The notes under the pieces: generated by a model | The model's input: only the letters and a program-made list of their open reading frames with translations | Databases searched by the model: none | What the model was told of the DNA's origin: nothing | Made by a program: the position numbers and the translations under genes | Part shown: positions 1-10,868 of the stretch, piece after piece | Numbering within the stretch: the stretch's first letter is position 1 | How the letters are laid out: each line of letters begins with the position of its first letter | Assembly: GCA_016699975.1 (NCBI GenBank) | Contig: CP064994.1 | Coordinates: forward strand, 711,828-775,827 | Source of the DNA: Candidatus Moraniibacteriota bacterium | GTDB taxonomy: Bacteria; Patescibacteriota; Minisyncoccia; Moranbacterales; UBA1568 | Direction of reading: 5' to 3' | Length of the DNA: 64,000 bases

Positions 1-109
1 GGAGTGATAGAAGTGACACAAAAATATCAGAAGCAAATTTCCGAAAACGCCCCAAAAAAGTTTTCGAATATCTGTCTCTCAAAAACGCTCTCGCCTTGCT
101 CCCCAAATA

Positions 110-868
110 GTGAATTTCCATTACACAATTTCCCGTATGATGTCACGCATTCTCATACATATAACTCGTGCCGCACTCATAGTGAGTATCCCCGTCCTCT
201 TGTGGCTTGCGGTTTCCCATCTTTCACAGTCGCTCATTTTTCCCGATACGCGTTTTGCACTCGAAAAAGATGACAAGGTCAAGATAGGAATGGGTGGTGT
301 CGAGCAACGATTTCGAGCGCGAGAAAACGGTTTAACAAAGATCGACATTCTCTTCGGAGGATCAAAGGTGAAAGACGGCGGAGACCTTTCGATCGCTCTG
401 CGAGACGAGCGCTGTGAGACCATTCTTACGGAGCGAAAAGAATTCGTCACGTCCATCAATTCAGGTGATACGACAGCGCTTTCGTTTGCCGCCATTCCCG
501 ATTCTTCCGGAAAAAACTTTTGTCTCACCATTCACTTCGAACCAAAGGGCGAGTCGGAAGCAACTGTTTTCGTGGTCGAAAACACAATTCCGGAAGAAAA
601 AATCTCCCTTCGAATCAGCATGAAGGATCGCCCTGGTCAATCACTTGCTTTTCGTCCCTTCTACGGAAGCACCAGCCTCGAACAGAATTTCTCCGAACTC
701 AACCGTCGCATTTCCCACTACAAGCCCTGGTTTCTCAAACATCATTTCTTGTCAGCGTGTTTCATTTTCGGAAGTGGAGCCTCGATCCTCTTTCTCATAC
801 TCGCAATTTTCCCCAGGAAGTGCCTCACACATGATAGTAATGGTGATACCACTCGACGAAGTTCTTGA
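110..868 (+). CDS. hypothetical membrane protein
   Basis: 252-aa ORF with a hydrophobic N-terminal anchor (ALIVSIPVLLWLAV) and a C-terminal TM segment (FIFGSGASILFLILAIF). No family recognised. The start is uncertain (alternative Met at 137/140). The 3' end overlaps the convergent epimerase gene by 44 nt. Confidence 0.45.
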   Translation: MNFHYTISRMMSRILIHITRAALIVSIPVLLWLAVSHLSQSLIFPDTRFALEKDDKVKIGMGGVEQRFRARENGLTKIDILFGGSKVKDGGDLSIALRDERCETILTERKEFVTSINSGDTTALSFAAIPDSSGKNFCLTIHFEPKGESEATVFVVENTIPEEKISLRISMKDRPGQSLAFRPFYGSTSLEQNFSELNRRISHYKPWFLKHHFLSACFIFGSGASILFLILAIFPRKCLTHDSNGDTTRRSS

Positions 869-1787
869 TGCCGGCATCGATTCGCGTCGTAGGCGCCCAC
901 CCCAGAGCGCGCAGCTTTGAAATATCAGCAACCGTAGACACAACATCTCCGGCAGGAAGCGGCATCAGTTTTTTGTGAGCAACTTTCCCTACGTTTTTCT
1001 CGATCTCTTCGATGAATTCGAGGAGAGTGTTTTCACGATCACCGCCGATATTCACGATATCGTACGGAAGATTCGCATCGAGTGCGGTTAAGACTCCGGA
1101 AACAATATCATCCACATAGGTAAAATTGCGACTCATCTTTCCGAAATTATTCACTTCAATCGGCTTTTCTTCGAAGATGTGTTTTGTAAAGAGAAAGAGC
1201 GCCATATCGGGCCGCCCCCACGGGCCGTACACCGTGAAGAATCGAAGACCCGTTGTCGGCAATCCGTAGACGTGACTCCAGACATGCGCCAACAGTTCGT
1301 CGGCTTTCTTGCTTGCCGCATACGGAGAGATGGGGTGGTCTACCGAGTCCGCTTCAGAAAAAGGAAGTTTTTCATTTTTACCATACACAGATGACGAAGA
1401 CGCGTAGATAAAATTTTCGATCGCATGTTTCCGTGATGCCTCCAAGAGAACCGTCGTACCTATTATGTTGATGTCCACGTATTGAAGCGGGTGTTCAAGC
1501 GAATTGCGAACGCCCGCCATCGCCGCGAGGTGTACCACCTTTTCCACCTTTTCGCGAGAAAATATTTTTTCTACCAGAGCAACATCGCGAATGTCTCCTT
1601 CAAAAAGAGCGACGTCGACTCCTTTGAGGAACACGTTGACGCGATCGCGTTTCAGTTGCGGATCGTAGTAATCGTTAAAATTGTCGAGAATTAAAACGCG
1701 ATCACCGCGCTCGACGAGTTTTTTCGCGACCGCCGACCCGATAAATCCCGCGCCGCCCGTCACAAGAATAGTCATACGTGTTTTCAC
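825..1787 (-). CDS. NAD-dependent nucleotide-sugar epimerase/dehydratase (UDP-glucuronate 4-epimerase-like)
   Basis: 320 aa. Rossmann motif ILVTGGAGFIGS at the N-terminus, YAASK catalytic motif and RFFTVYGPWGRPDMA, all typical of SDR-type sugar epimerases. Confidence 0.9.
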   Translation of the reverse strand: MKTRMTILVTGGAGFIGSAVAKKLVERGDRVLILDNFNDYYDPQLKRDRVNVFLKGVDVALFEGDIRDVALVEKIFSREKVEKVVHLAAMAGVRNSLEHPLQYVDINIIGTTVLLEASRKHAIENFIYASSSSVYGKNEKLPFSEADSVDHPISPYAASKKADELLAHVWSHVYGLPTTGLRFFTVYGPWGRPDMALFLFTKHIFEEKPIEVNNFGKMSRNFTYVDDIVSGVLTALDANLPYDIVNIGGDRENTLLEFIEEIEKNVGKVAHKKLMPLPAGDVVSTVADISKLRALGWAPTTRIDAGIKNFVEWYHHYYHV

Positions 1788-1850
1788 TCACCAATTATTT
1801 CTTCTGTCTCTCTTCGGCAATGCAGAAAAGCAGAGCAATATTCACTAGTT

Positions 1851-3056
1851 TCAGCGATTCAAAAGTCGATCACGCCAGAAATGAACAGTATCTTCTATCG
1901 GAACCGTTTTCGTGGTTGAGCGCCGCAGTACCGTTTGCTGTGCCGCCCCACCCATCTCATCTCGCCGCTTGGAATCTTCAAGAAGAATGCGCACACGAGA
2001 GAACCAGTCGTCCTCCGTTTTGGCGACCCATCCGTCCACCCCGTCTGTTATCGACTCACAAAACGTACGGGTCGCGGAAGCAACCGTCGGCACCCCGACC
2101 AGTCCCGCTTCCAAAAATTTTACCTCACTCTTCGATTCGCAAAACGGATCCCCGATTTCAAGCGGCGCAAGATTGATATCGACCCGCGCAATATTCTCAA
2201 AGTGCTCTTCTCGGCTTGCGTAAGGGGCGCGCTCAATTCGATCCGCGTATGACTGAAGAGCAGCGGGTATCGTAAGTGGCCCCGCCACAAAAAGAGTGAG
2301 TTCCGGGTATTGGCAAAAGAGTCTTTCGAGAACAGCTGCAATCGTCGCTATATCACGGTCGTGACCCGAAGAGCCGCTAAAATATCCGAGTGTTCTTTTT
2401 TGTGGAGTTCGCGCATTTCGACGATGAGAGATGGTTGCTGCATGCGCGACATCGTGGTCGCTTACACAATTCGGAACGAGCAATACCGGCTTCTCAAAGG
2501 TTCGAAGTCGATCGGCGAGAAACGACGTGCTTGTGGAAACAGCAGAAAGAGCAGGATCTTCGAGAAACGGGCGACCCACTCCCGAGATATACGCTTTTTG
2601 TTCGAGGGGCGTCATCGCGAGATACGCCGGAGTTTTCTGAAATACTTCGCCGTCAAATACCAAGTCATCCGTATCGAACATCACGGTCTTCTTGCGTCGC
2701 TTGAGTTCAGCAAAAAACGCCTCGATGTGCGGCGTCGAAAAACTCCGATGAAAGACGAATCCCGAAAACTTTTCCGCATATCGAAGGAGAAACGGATCGT
2801 ACTGAGTGGTAACCGATGTGCGAAATCCATGGAAGCGAAGTGCTTCGGCCGTGTGATGCGCGCGATAAAGAGCGCTCGCCCCCACACCGCTTCCCACAAA
2901 GAGAATATCCCCCGCAGGAACCGTGCGAAAGAGCTCGCGGGAAGCTCGAATGAGGCGCGCGCCGCCACGAAAAAGCCCTTCGTGCCGAAAGAGCGACCAT
3001 GCCTTGCCAATCGGTGCTGACCAACGATTCATACGAATGCATTGTACCCAAAGCAC
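1851..3056 (-). CDS. glycosyltransferase family 1 (GT4-type)
   Basis: 401 aa. The C-terminal region (SEVKFLEAGLVGVPTVASATRTF...DGVDGW) resembles the GT1 nucleotide-sugar binding domain. GTG start at 3056, or ATG at 3032. Confidence 0.8.
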   Translation of the reverse strand: MLWVQCIRMNRWSAPIGKAWSLFRHEGLFRGGARLIRASRELFRTVPAGDILFVGSGVGASALYRAHHTAEALRFHGFRTSVTTQYDPFLLRYAEKFSGFVFHRSFSTPHIEAFFAELKRRKKTVMFDTDDLVFDGEVFQKTPAYLAMTPLEQKAYISGVGRPFLEDPALSAVSTSTSFLADRLRTFEKPVLLVPNCVSDHDVAHAATISHRRNARTPQKRTLGYFSGSSGHDRDIATIAAVLERLFCQYPELTLFVAGPLTIPAALQSYADRIERAPYASREEHFENIARVDINLAPLEIGDPFCESKSEVKFLEAGLVGVPTVASATRTFCESITDGVDGWVAKTEDDWFSRVRILLEDSKRRDEMGGAAQQTVLRRSTTKTVPIEDTVHFWRDRLLNR

Positions 3057-3104
3057 TTCGCTTTGCCCAGAGCCTGGAAAGCCTTTACAATAGAAGAAAG
3101 AATT

Positions 3105-4936
3105 ATGGCACTGAATTCGCGCCCCTTTTCTCCTCTCCCGTCTCCCACACCCGCTCCGAAATCGGATGATGTTTTTTTATTTTCTCGCCTCTCATTTTTG
3201 TGGATCACGTGTCTCTTCGGCGCTTTTTTCTTGGCTGTTTTTGGAGAGTTTTTGCGTACAGGAGTTTTCTTTCTCTCCGGAGGATTCCTCGCAGGAATCG
3301 GAATCACTCTCTGGAAATTTCGGCCTTCGCGAGAGCTCCTCATGTGGGGAGTAGCTTTCTTCCTTCTCGCCTTTTCCATAAGTTTTATCTCTTCGCCAAC
3401 CGTGTTCTCCGGACGCGATCAGGGTTCCTACGCAAACGCCGCCATTCGTCTCGTCGAAACCGAATCACTTCAAAGCCGCTCGCTCGTTTCCGATACGTTT
3501 TTCTCCCTCTATGGACCTGGGAAAGCACTCAACTTCCCCGGATTTTTTTATACGAGTGAGGGCGCCCTCACCTCACAATTTCCTCTGGGCTCCATTGTCT
3601 GGTTTGGTCTCAACTTTTCACTCTTCGGTGTTTCGGGATTCTCGGTCGCAAATTCTCTCTCCCCTCTTTTTTTCTTTGACGGGACTCTTCCTGCTTCTTC
3701 GACGATTCGTATCGATGCCCTTTGCCGCCGCGGGATCGCTCTCACTCGCGCTTTCCTTTCCCATTCTCTGGATTTCAGAGCAGACCCTGAGCGAAAATCT
3801 TGCGCTCGCGCTTTTCATCATACTCTCTCTTCAACTCGTGCGGTTTCTTGAGCGACCCAAGTGCAGCACCTGGATCACGATCGTCGCCGCGGGATCGTTT
3901 TTGTTCCTTGTCCGAATTGAGGGAATAGCCTTCTTCTTAGTTGCCACGATGCTGCCATTCTTCTTTCGCGAATCACGTCTTTTTCTTCGGGAACGGTTTT
4001 TCTCTCTCGTTCTTCCCTCGGCGACATTTTTTCTCGCTCTCTTTACTCTCAGCATAGGGGTCAGCACTCCGTTCTACATTACGATCGCAAAAGCTCTCCT
4101 TGAATCATTTTCGGAGTCGCGTCTTTCCGGAAACAGTCAAATGAATTTTTCTGCTTTGTCTTCCATTGGCACAAGACTTACTCTCTTTGCAACGTACGGC
4201 ATGCTGCCAGTTTTCATCCTTGCGTTCATGAGCATCAGCCTCCTCGTTCGCCGCCGAAATTTTCTCGCCCTTTCCCCGCTTTTTCTCACACTGCCCGTCT
4301 TTTTCTATTTCCTCAGTCCACACATTGCTTCCGATCACCCTTGGGTTGTGCGGCGATTCACGTTTTCCATCTGGCCCATAGTCGTTTTTCTTGCTTTCTA
4401 GAATCGAGTTCTTCTTTCGAAAAATAAAAGAAAGGGCTTCCTTTCCTTCCTTTCCTTCTCCGGGAGTGTTTTCGTTTTGCTGTGCACTGCTCCTTCTTTT
4501 ACCGGGCATTCCCGCGATTATTTCCGTCCTCCCCCTCTCCAATTCTCGTTTTCTCTCGGATACACAGCTCCTCTCGAGTCGTTTTGCCGATGAAGATCTG
4601 ATCCTGGTAGATCGCATGGCATCCGGAGATCCATTCTCCATGATCGCTGATCCGATGAACACCCTCTTCCGAAAAGAAGCCGTCTATTTTTTTCATCCCG
4701 AAGACCTACAAAAAATAAACCTGCGTCCTTTTCGAAACACGTATCTCTTGGTAAGAAAAGAGGAGGAAAAGCGCTACCGCGAGGCACTCCATCAAACTTT
4801 CACTTTCGAAGAACAAGCGCCGTACACTCTCAATATTTCTCTTCCCTCTCGCCCGACGAATCCGCGAGAACTTCCTCACAAAAAAAATGAAATTGTGAAT
4901 GGATCGGTTTTTCTGCTTCATCCTTCCTCCTTATGA
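3105..4936 (+). CDS. polytopic GT-C-type (ArnT/PMT-like) membrane glycosyltransferase, reading frame broken twice at T-runs
   Basis: Three consecutive ORF fragments (3042-3851, 3511-4401, 4391-4936) in frames 2, 0 and 1 read as one multi-TM protein. Its N-terminal loop motif is GRDQGSYANAAIRL. The junctions fall at T7 (3667-3673) and T5 (4385-4389), and removing one T at each restores a continuous ORF. The family call is tentative. Confidence 0.55.
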
Positions 4937-6282
4937 ACCAAATTTCACCTCCAACTCTCTCGCCTCGCTCGAAACGCCTGCTCTTTGTGGGACGAATCAT
5001 TTTGGGCATTGTGTTTCTCTCGAGTCTCGCTCTCTTTTCTTGGAGCGTTCTCTTCCCGCCGCAGCCACTTTTCTTCGATTTTCGAGATGCCAAACTTTCG
5101 GTGAGCACCCTCAAAAATCCAAGGACATTCCCTCCACCCTTTTCTCCGGGAGGACAATTTAGGGATCAAGATATCCTCACGCTCGATGCTTCGGCGTTCG
5201 GAGAATATACGACGCTCGCTCTTCAATTTACTGCTCTCAAAAATTCTCCACTTGGAAAAGGACGTGTCTCTGTGCGCCGCTCGCAGCAGGCGCACTTCTT
5301 TCCGGAAGGGAGTGGAGCGTCGTTCCCTCCCGGCACTCTCCTCCAAGAAAATGGTTCGTTCTATCAGATCGCACCCGATGGTCGCCGAAAAAAATTTCCG
5401 TCCAAAGAATCTGCGGAGCGACTTGGATTTCGTCCAGAAACATTTCTGCCTGTTCGAAACGAGGATCTTTCTCTCAATCAAGATGGCGGCTTGCTTGAAT
5501 GGGAGCCATCCGCTCTCCCTGAAGGAACATTCGTTCACGCGGACAATACCTACTACGAATGGCGCTCAGGAACACTTCTCCCGTTCGTGAGCGAGAATGC
5601 ATTTCGTGCACGGTTTCGGGATGAGTGGGCCATTAAAAAAGATGCTGCCTTCGTCCGATTAGTGCCGCTTTCGGAAAACTGGCGATCCTTTCCAAGTGGG
5701 ACGCTGTTGTCGTGGGGAGATGGAGTCTTTTTGATGGACCAGACAAGCCCGCGACCTATTCTCGGTGTCGATATATTTTTGTCGCTCGGGTACTCGTGGG
5801 AAGATGTTGTGCCCGCCAATGACGAAGAAATCAGCCTCGAACAAAAAGGGCGATCCGTCGACTTTAGCGCCGCTCACCCCGATGGCACTGTTTTTCACGA
5901 GACGGATACGAATCGTTTCTTCCTCATCCTCAACAAAACAAAACACGAACTCCGTGGAGACGCCATTCGAAACTTTTGGCTCGGAACAAGAAAACCAATC
6001 GCCGTTTCTTCGCAATCACTCACCACTTCCGCCACATGTGATCTTTCCGTCCACTCTTTTCTCTTTTTCGCCCCCACTCTCGAGTGCCGTCTCCCACTTG
6101 AAGCACTCGCAAAATTTCGAGGAGATACGTATGAACTCCGCACGACTTTTCTTGGCGCATCCGCCTTCGAACGCCTCGATGTTTCTTTCGAAGCTGCAGT
6201 AAAGAAAGAAACACTTCTGACCCGTCTTTCCAAACTCAAGAATCGCGTGCTCGCCCGATACCTTCCCACCGCAGAACCCTAG
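4933..6282 (+). CDS. hypothetical membrane-anchored protein
   Basis: 449 aa. N-terminal TM/signal anchor (RIILGIVFLSSLALFSWSVLF). ATGA overlap with the upstream gene suggests translational coupling. No family recognised. Confidence 0.6.
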   Translation: MNQISPPTLSPRSKRLLFVGRIILGIVFLSSLALFSWSVLFPPQPLFFDFRDAKLSVSTLKNPRTFPPPFSPGGQFRDQDILTLDASAFGEYTTLALQFTALKNSPLGKGRVSVRRSQQAHFFPEGSGASFPPGTLLQENGSFYQIAPDGRRKKFPSKESAERLGFRPETFLPVRNEDLSLNQDGGLLEWEPSALPEGTFVHADNTYYEWRSGTLLPFVSENAFRARFRDEWAIKKDAAFVRLVPLSENWRSFPSGTLLSWGDGVFLMDQTSPRPILGVDIFLSLGYSWEDVVPANDEEISLEQKGRSVDFSAAHPDGTVFHETDTNRFFLILNKTKHELRGDAIRNFWLGTRKPIAVSSQSLTTSATCDLSVHSFLFFAPTLECRLPLEALAKFRGDTYELRTTFLGASAFERLDVSFEAAVKKETLLTRLSKLKNRVLARYLPTAEP

Positions 6283-6312
6283 AACTTCCCCAAAATTTTT
6301 TCACTTGGCTTT

Positions 6313-6774
6313 ATGATTTCACGTTTTTCTCATCTGTATTCATCTCTCGAGTTTCGTCTCGTCGCACACCAACTCGTTCGCGATGCAATTTTCTTGTCAC
6401 TCATCGCCTTGATCGGCATCCTTTCGCTCGAAAGCATTCTCCCGGGAACAATCTCTCTTCGATTCGGGATCGTTTTCTTTAGCGCGGGTATCCTCCTTCT
6501 CCTCCTTGCAGAACAAGCGCTCGCCCCTCACACTCTTCCTCCACCAAAAGAAAAAATTCCTTCCAAACGATGGGGGCGCATTCTCTTTTTCGGCTGGTCC
6601 GTTTTCCTTTTTGCAAATGCGCTTGTCGGTTTCCATCCCATCGTTCTCCTTTTCTCAGTGCTCGCAACACTTCTTTCATTCCGACTTCTTCTTACAGAAT
6701 ACCAGGAGGAGAAAACCACTGAAAAAAATTCACTCGTTCCAAAAGAGTCCAACCATAACCGCTCGCTCGTATGA
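6313..6774 (+). CDS. hypothetical integral membrane protein
   Basis: 153 aa with about 4 hydrophobic segments. 4-nt overlap with the downstream glycosyltransferase. Confidence 0.55.
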   Translation: MISRFSHLYSSLEFRLVAHQLVRDAIFLSLIALIGILSLESILPGTISLRFGIVFFSAGILLLLLAEQALAPHTLPPPKEKIPSKRWGRILFFGWSVFLFANALVGFHPIVLLFSVLATLLSFRLLLTEYQEEKTTEKNSLVPKESNHNRSLV

Positions 6775-7921
6775 GGATTGTTGTACAGGCTGCCGACCTC
6801 GATGCGCCCCGTATCGACGGAACCCGCATTTACTTGCTCCGGCTTCTCGAACGTTTTGGCGCGCTCACCCCACAACACGCGTGGCACCTTTTTCATCGAA
6901 AGCCATTTAACCCTGCACTCACTCCTCCTTCATTCAAAAATTATGAGGAACACTGTATTCCGTTTCCCTGTTTCTGGACACAAACGCGCTTCTCCTGGGA
7001 AATAATGCGAAGAAAACCACATCGGCTGTTCATGCCGGTTCAGTCACTTCCTTTCTTTCTCTCCACGGAAACCGAGTCGATCGTGACGATCCATGATCTT
7101 GCTTTCAAAATTTTTCCCAAACATTTTCCCACCAAAGACCTTCGCCGACTCAACTGGTTTACCGACTTTTCGGTACGACAAGGAACGAGACTCATTGCCG
7201 TTTCAGAATCCACGAAGCGAGATATTCTCACTTTCTACCCAGATGTTCCCGAAAAAAAGATTCGTGTTATTCACCACGGTTTCGATCCCATCCCTCCCTC
7301 CACCCAACACCATGCCAGAGAAGAAATGGCGGCGCTCAATTTGTTTCATCTCTCCCCGAAAAACTATGTGCTCTATGTGGGAGCTATTCAGCCACGAAAA
7401 AATCTCCTTCGACTTCTCGATGCTTTTACTGCTTCTGCTGAACGGTTTCCCGAAATGAAACTCGTTCTTGCAGGAGAAGCCGCGTGGATGAGCGAAGCCG
7501 TGTTTGAGGCAGCTCAGCGCCATCCCTTTCGGGACCGCATCGTCATCACCGATCGAGTGTCGTTTCAAATGCGAGCCACCTTGTATCGAAACGCGAGACT
7601 GTTTGTCTTTCCTTCACTGTATGAAGGTTTCGGCCTTCCGATCCTGGAAGCGTTTTCGGCGCGCGTTCCGGTAATTGTCGCTCGCAATTCGAGCCTCACC
7701 GAAGTCGCCGGAAACGCCGCTTTCTTTTTGACGCCCAAGAAAGCAGCGAACTCCAAAGTGCGATCGAAACACTGTGGGAAGACTCAAGAAAACGGGAAGA
7801 TCTGATCGCGCGTGGCACACGAGAGCTGGAGCGATTCTCCTGGGATCGGTGCTCATCCGAAACCGCCTCGTGGATTCTTGGCGATGAGTCTCATTCCTCA
7901 AAGATTCACGCAGGAGAGTAA
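6771..7921 (+). CDS. glycosyltransferase family 1 (GT4-type), frame broken near the 3' end
   Basis: Contains FPSLYEGFGLPILEAFSARVPVIVARNSSLTEVAG, the classic GT1 EX7E region. After the T5 run at 7725-7729 the conserved C-terminus (DAQESSELQSAIETLWEDSRKREDLIARGTRELERFSWDRC...) continues in frame 1 to a TAA at 7919-7921. Confidence 0.8.
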
Positions 7922-8210
7922 GGAAAGAAAATATCCAAAGGACGAGAGTTTTACAAAAATATCACAGCGATTCGAAAAACTTTTTATAAAGAGCGGTCGC
8001 GAAGAGTGAACGACAAGATCAGCATTTCACAACAGAACAAAATTTTGAAAGTGTTTTTCCTTCTCACCGTAAAAATATTCCCGAAGCAATGGGGAACATT
8101 TTTGAGTGAGTCTGCAGAAAAGACTCGAGACGAATGCGGACTCTCTCTCCAAAAATCGTGAACCCTGTGGGAACAAGAAGGGTGCTCGGGAAAGAGGGCA
8201 GAAAAAAATT

Positions 8211-8921
8211 TTAGTGAAGAACAGTGCCTATCCCCCGCTCGCCAAGCAAAACGCGGCGCAAATTTTCGGTATCGGCTCCATCCATGACAGTGACTGAAAA
8301 CCCCTTCTCTTCGGCAAGTTTCGAAGCAATTGGATCGAAAGGCACATTCATTCCAGGACGCCAGACATCTCCAATGAGGGCGCGGTATTTTTTCCACGAC
8401 AGGGATTCAAATCGTGTCGCATCCGTGTATTCCTTGGGATTCCGGTCATAGACACCGTCCACATTGGAGAGATTGAGGAGAGAAGAAAAGCCCAAATATT
8501 CCGCAAGCAAAACAGCAATGTAATCCGTTGAGAATCCAGGTCTCCATCCACCCGCCACCAAGATCGGTTCTTTCACGTGTAAAAAGTCTTCGAGATCGTG
8601 CGGGTTCGTGTTAATTTTCGGAAACGCAAACTCGCGAAACACCGTTCGCAGAAAGTGTGCATTCATGCGCGTCGCATGGATGCCAAGCCAATCCTTGTCT
8701 TCGTCTTCGATATGGTGAATCTGTCCCGCAGCATTGATATATCGCCTCGCGGTCTTCCCTCCACCAACGACCAGAACAAACGAGCAACCGTCTCCGATAC
8801 GTTCAACGATCGTTTCGTAAAATCGACCGATAAATCCCGTATCGATTTCATCAGGAACAACAAGCGAACCCCCAACCGACAGTAAAAATTTTTTCGGCGT
8901 CATGCGTGAAGTAGAGTTCAA
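8211..8921 (-). CDS. pyrH: UMP kinase, archaeal/amino-acid-kinase type
   Basis: 236 aa. Motifs LSVGGSLV, VVGGGKTARRY, LVAGGWRPGFSTD and SNVDGVYDRNP are typical of archaeal-type UMP kinases. Confidence 0.8.
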   Translation of the reverse strand: MNSTSRMTPKKFLLSVGGSLVVPDEIDTGFIGRFYETIVERIGDGCSFVLVVGGGKTARRYINAAGQIHHIEDEDKDWLGIHATRMNAHFLRTVFREFAFPKINTNPHDLEDFLHVKEPILVAGGWRPGFSTDYIAVLLAEYLGFSSLLNLSNVDGVYDRNPKEYTDATRFESLSWKKYRALIGDVWRPGMNVPFDPIASKLAEEKGFSVTVMDGADTENLRRVLLGERGIGTVLH

Positions 8922-10156
8922 GATTTAAGAAGATTTACCACTTCTTCAAACGAACACATCGTCGCCTCAGATTTCGATCGTTCTTTGACCTCAGCCCCAC
9001 CATGTTGAAGCGAGCGTTTCGAAAGGACGATTCGGTACGGAATACCAATAAGATCACTGTCGGCAAATTTTTCTCCCGCACTCCCTTCCCGATCGTCAAA
9101 CAAGACATCAATCCCAAGATGAGCAAGTTTCTCGTACCACAAAAGGGCCACTCGGTCTTCGCCAAGGGAGAGAAGATGCGCCCGAAACGGCGCAACCGAC
9201 TTGGGCCAGACGATGCCACGATCGTCACACAAGGTTTCCACAATCGTCCCCATGAGGCGCGTCGGCCCGATGCCATAACTCCCCATGACGACGGGTTTTG
9301 CTCTCCCACTCTGGTCCATATAGAAAAGACCAAGCGCTTCCGAAAATCGTGTGCCGAGCTTAAAAATATTGCCAACTTCTATCGAAGTTTTCTTTTCAAG
9401 AGCCGCTCGGTCGAGCCCCAGATCGGACAAGACCTCGTCGGTGTAGACTTCTTCGTTCACGGCGATATTCTTTTCTCGTGAAAGATAAATTGTATCTTCT
9501 CCTGCGTCGCTCAACGCCTGAAATTCGTGACTGTATTTGGAAAAAATACCGCCACTCGCGAACGTTTTAAAGGTGATCGCACCGATCCCCACGCGCTCGA
9601 AGATTGTTGTGTACGCTTCTGCACACCGTTCGTAAAACGCATCAAGATCTGCTTCGTTCTCATTGAAAGAATAGAGATCTTTCATCAAAAATTCGCGCCC
9701 GCGCATAATCCCGCTTTTCGCTCGTTCTTCGTTCCGAAACTTCGTTTGTATCTGATAGCTGTAGACCGGCAAATCGCGATATGACGAGATATGTTGTTTC
9801 ATGATCGCCGTGATCGGCTCTTCGTGGGTAAACCCAAGCCCAACCTCTGTCCCATTTTTGAGATGAGTTTTAAACCAATTGTCGACCGCGTCGTCGCTCC
9901 AACGGTTCGTCGCCTCCCACATCTCGGGATTTTGGAGAGCGCTTAAGAAAACTTCCCGCCCCCCGATTCGATCCATTTCTTCTCGGATGATCGCTTCAAT
10001 TTTTCGAAGTACGCGGAGTCCGAGCGGCAGAAATTCGTAGACGCCCGCCATTTCTTTGTGGATGAAGCCGGCCCGAATAAGCAATTGCGCATTCCGACTC
10101 ACTTCATCTGTCGGATTTTCGCGCCTCGTTTTCGTAAAAAGTTCAGATTGCTTCAT
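8918..10156 (-). CDS. proS: prolyl-tRNA synthetase (short form without the insertion editing domain)
   Basis: 412 aa. The N-terminus QSELFTKTRRENPTDEVSRNAQLLIRAGFIHKEMAGVYEFLPLG and class II motifs (FRNEERAKSGIMRGREF) match ProRS. Confidence 0.9.
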   Translation of the reverse strand: MKQSELFTKTRRENPTDEVSRNAQLLIRAGFIHKEMAGVYEFLPLGLRVLRKIEAIIREEMDRIGGREVFLSALQNPEMWEATNRWSDDAVDNWFKTHLKNGTEVGLGFTHEEPITAIMKQHISSYRDLPVYSYQIQTKFRNEERAKSGIMRGREFLMKDLYSFNENEADLDAFYERCAEAYTTIFERVGIGAITFKTFASGGIFSKYSHEFQALSDAGEDTIYLSREKNIAVNEEVYTDEVLSDLGLDRAALEKKTSIEVGNIFKLGTRFSEALGLFYMDQSGRAKPVVMGSYGIGPTRLMGTIVETLCDDRGIVWPKSVAPFRAHLLSLGEDRVALLWYEKLAHLGIDVLFDDREGSAGEKFADSDLIGIPYRIVLSKRSLQHGGAEVKERSKSEATMCSFEEVVNLLKS

Positions 10157-10371
10157 AGGACTTAGGACTATTGGACACGCAGAAATAAAGATGATCTTTA
10201 TTGAGAGCTTCCATCATCTTATCGGGTTCTTCCCTCGAAAGCAACCGATCTCTCATGAAGCCAAGAAGAGCCTCGAAACATCATTTATTCAAAGGATTAG
10301 AGTAAATTCTCATCTTTGTAAAAATAAGAAAAAGAATACTGCTCTAACCTTTTTGGTTCATGATAATGTAA

Positions 10372-10758
10372 AAAAGTAATACGCGCACCAATATCCAAGC
10401 TGAACATTCTCTTTCAGGAAAAAGAGTACCGTTACTTTTTATCTTTACGGGACAGGAACTGTACCAACATTACAAAGGAGGAATTGACGAAGTCATTGTC
10501 GTAGCATGCCACAGTGAAACTTTAGAGGAATTCGTTGTTTACAAATCAATGTACAATGAAATTGAGTGTGATCGAGGCTCTTTCTGGGGAAGACCAACAT
10601 TCATGTTCTTCGAAAATGTCATCGTTGATGGCAAAGTAAAATCACGTTTCACACTATTGAAAAAGAAGGGGGATGTATCCTGCTATTGTAGAGAAATTGA
10701 TAAAAAGCAATCCCTTGTCTCGAATTCGTTCTATCCTATACAAGTCCCTTTATTTTAA
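10372..10758 (+). pseudogene. DUF1653-like remnant without a canonical start codon
   Basis: The frame-0 reading ...GQELYQHYKGGIDEVIVVACHSETLEEFVVYKSMYNE...FWGRPTFMFFENVIVDGKVKSRF matches the DUF1653 pattern (YRHYKG..Y.V...H.ET.E..VVY..LY....W.RP..MF). There is no ATG/GTG/TTG between the upstream stop (10369) and the conserved core, only a CTG at 10459. Confidence 0.45.
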
Positions 10759-10845
10759 GCAGGGTCTACTATAGATATTTTTCATATATATTTATAGGGA
10801 GAAACGGCTTGTGTAAGCTACAAAATTCCATAGGATCTTTTGAAA

Positions 10846-10868
10846 AAATCGCCAAAAAATGGCGATTT
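10846..10868 (+). terminator. hairpin (AAATCGCC-N7-GGCGATTT) flanked by A/T runs, possible bidirectional terminator
   Basis: 8-bp perfect stem. TTTCT follows on the plus strand and T6 on the minus strand. It lies 90 nt after the DUF1653 remnant. Confidence 0.3.
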
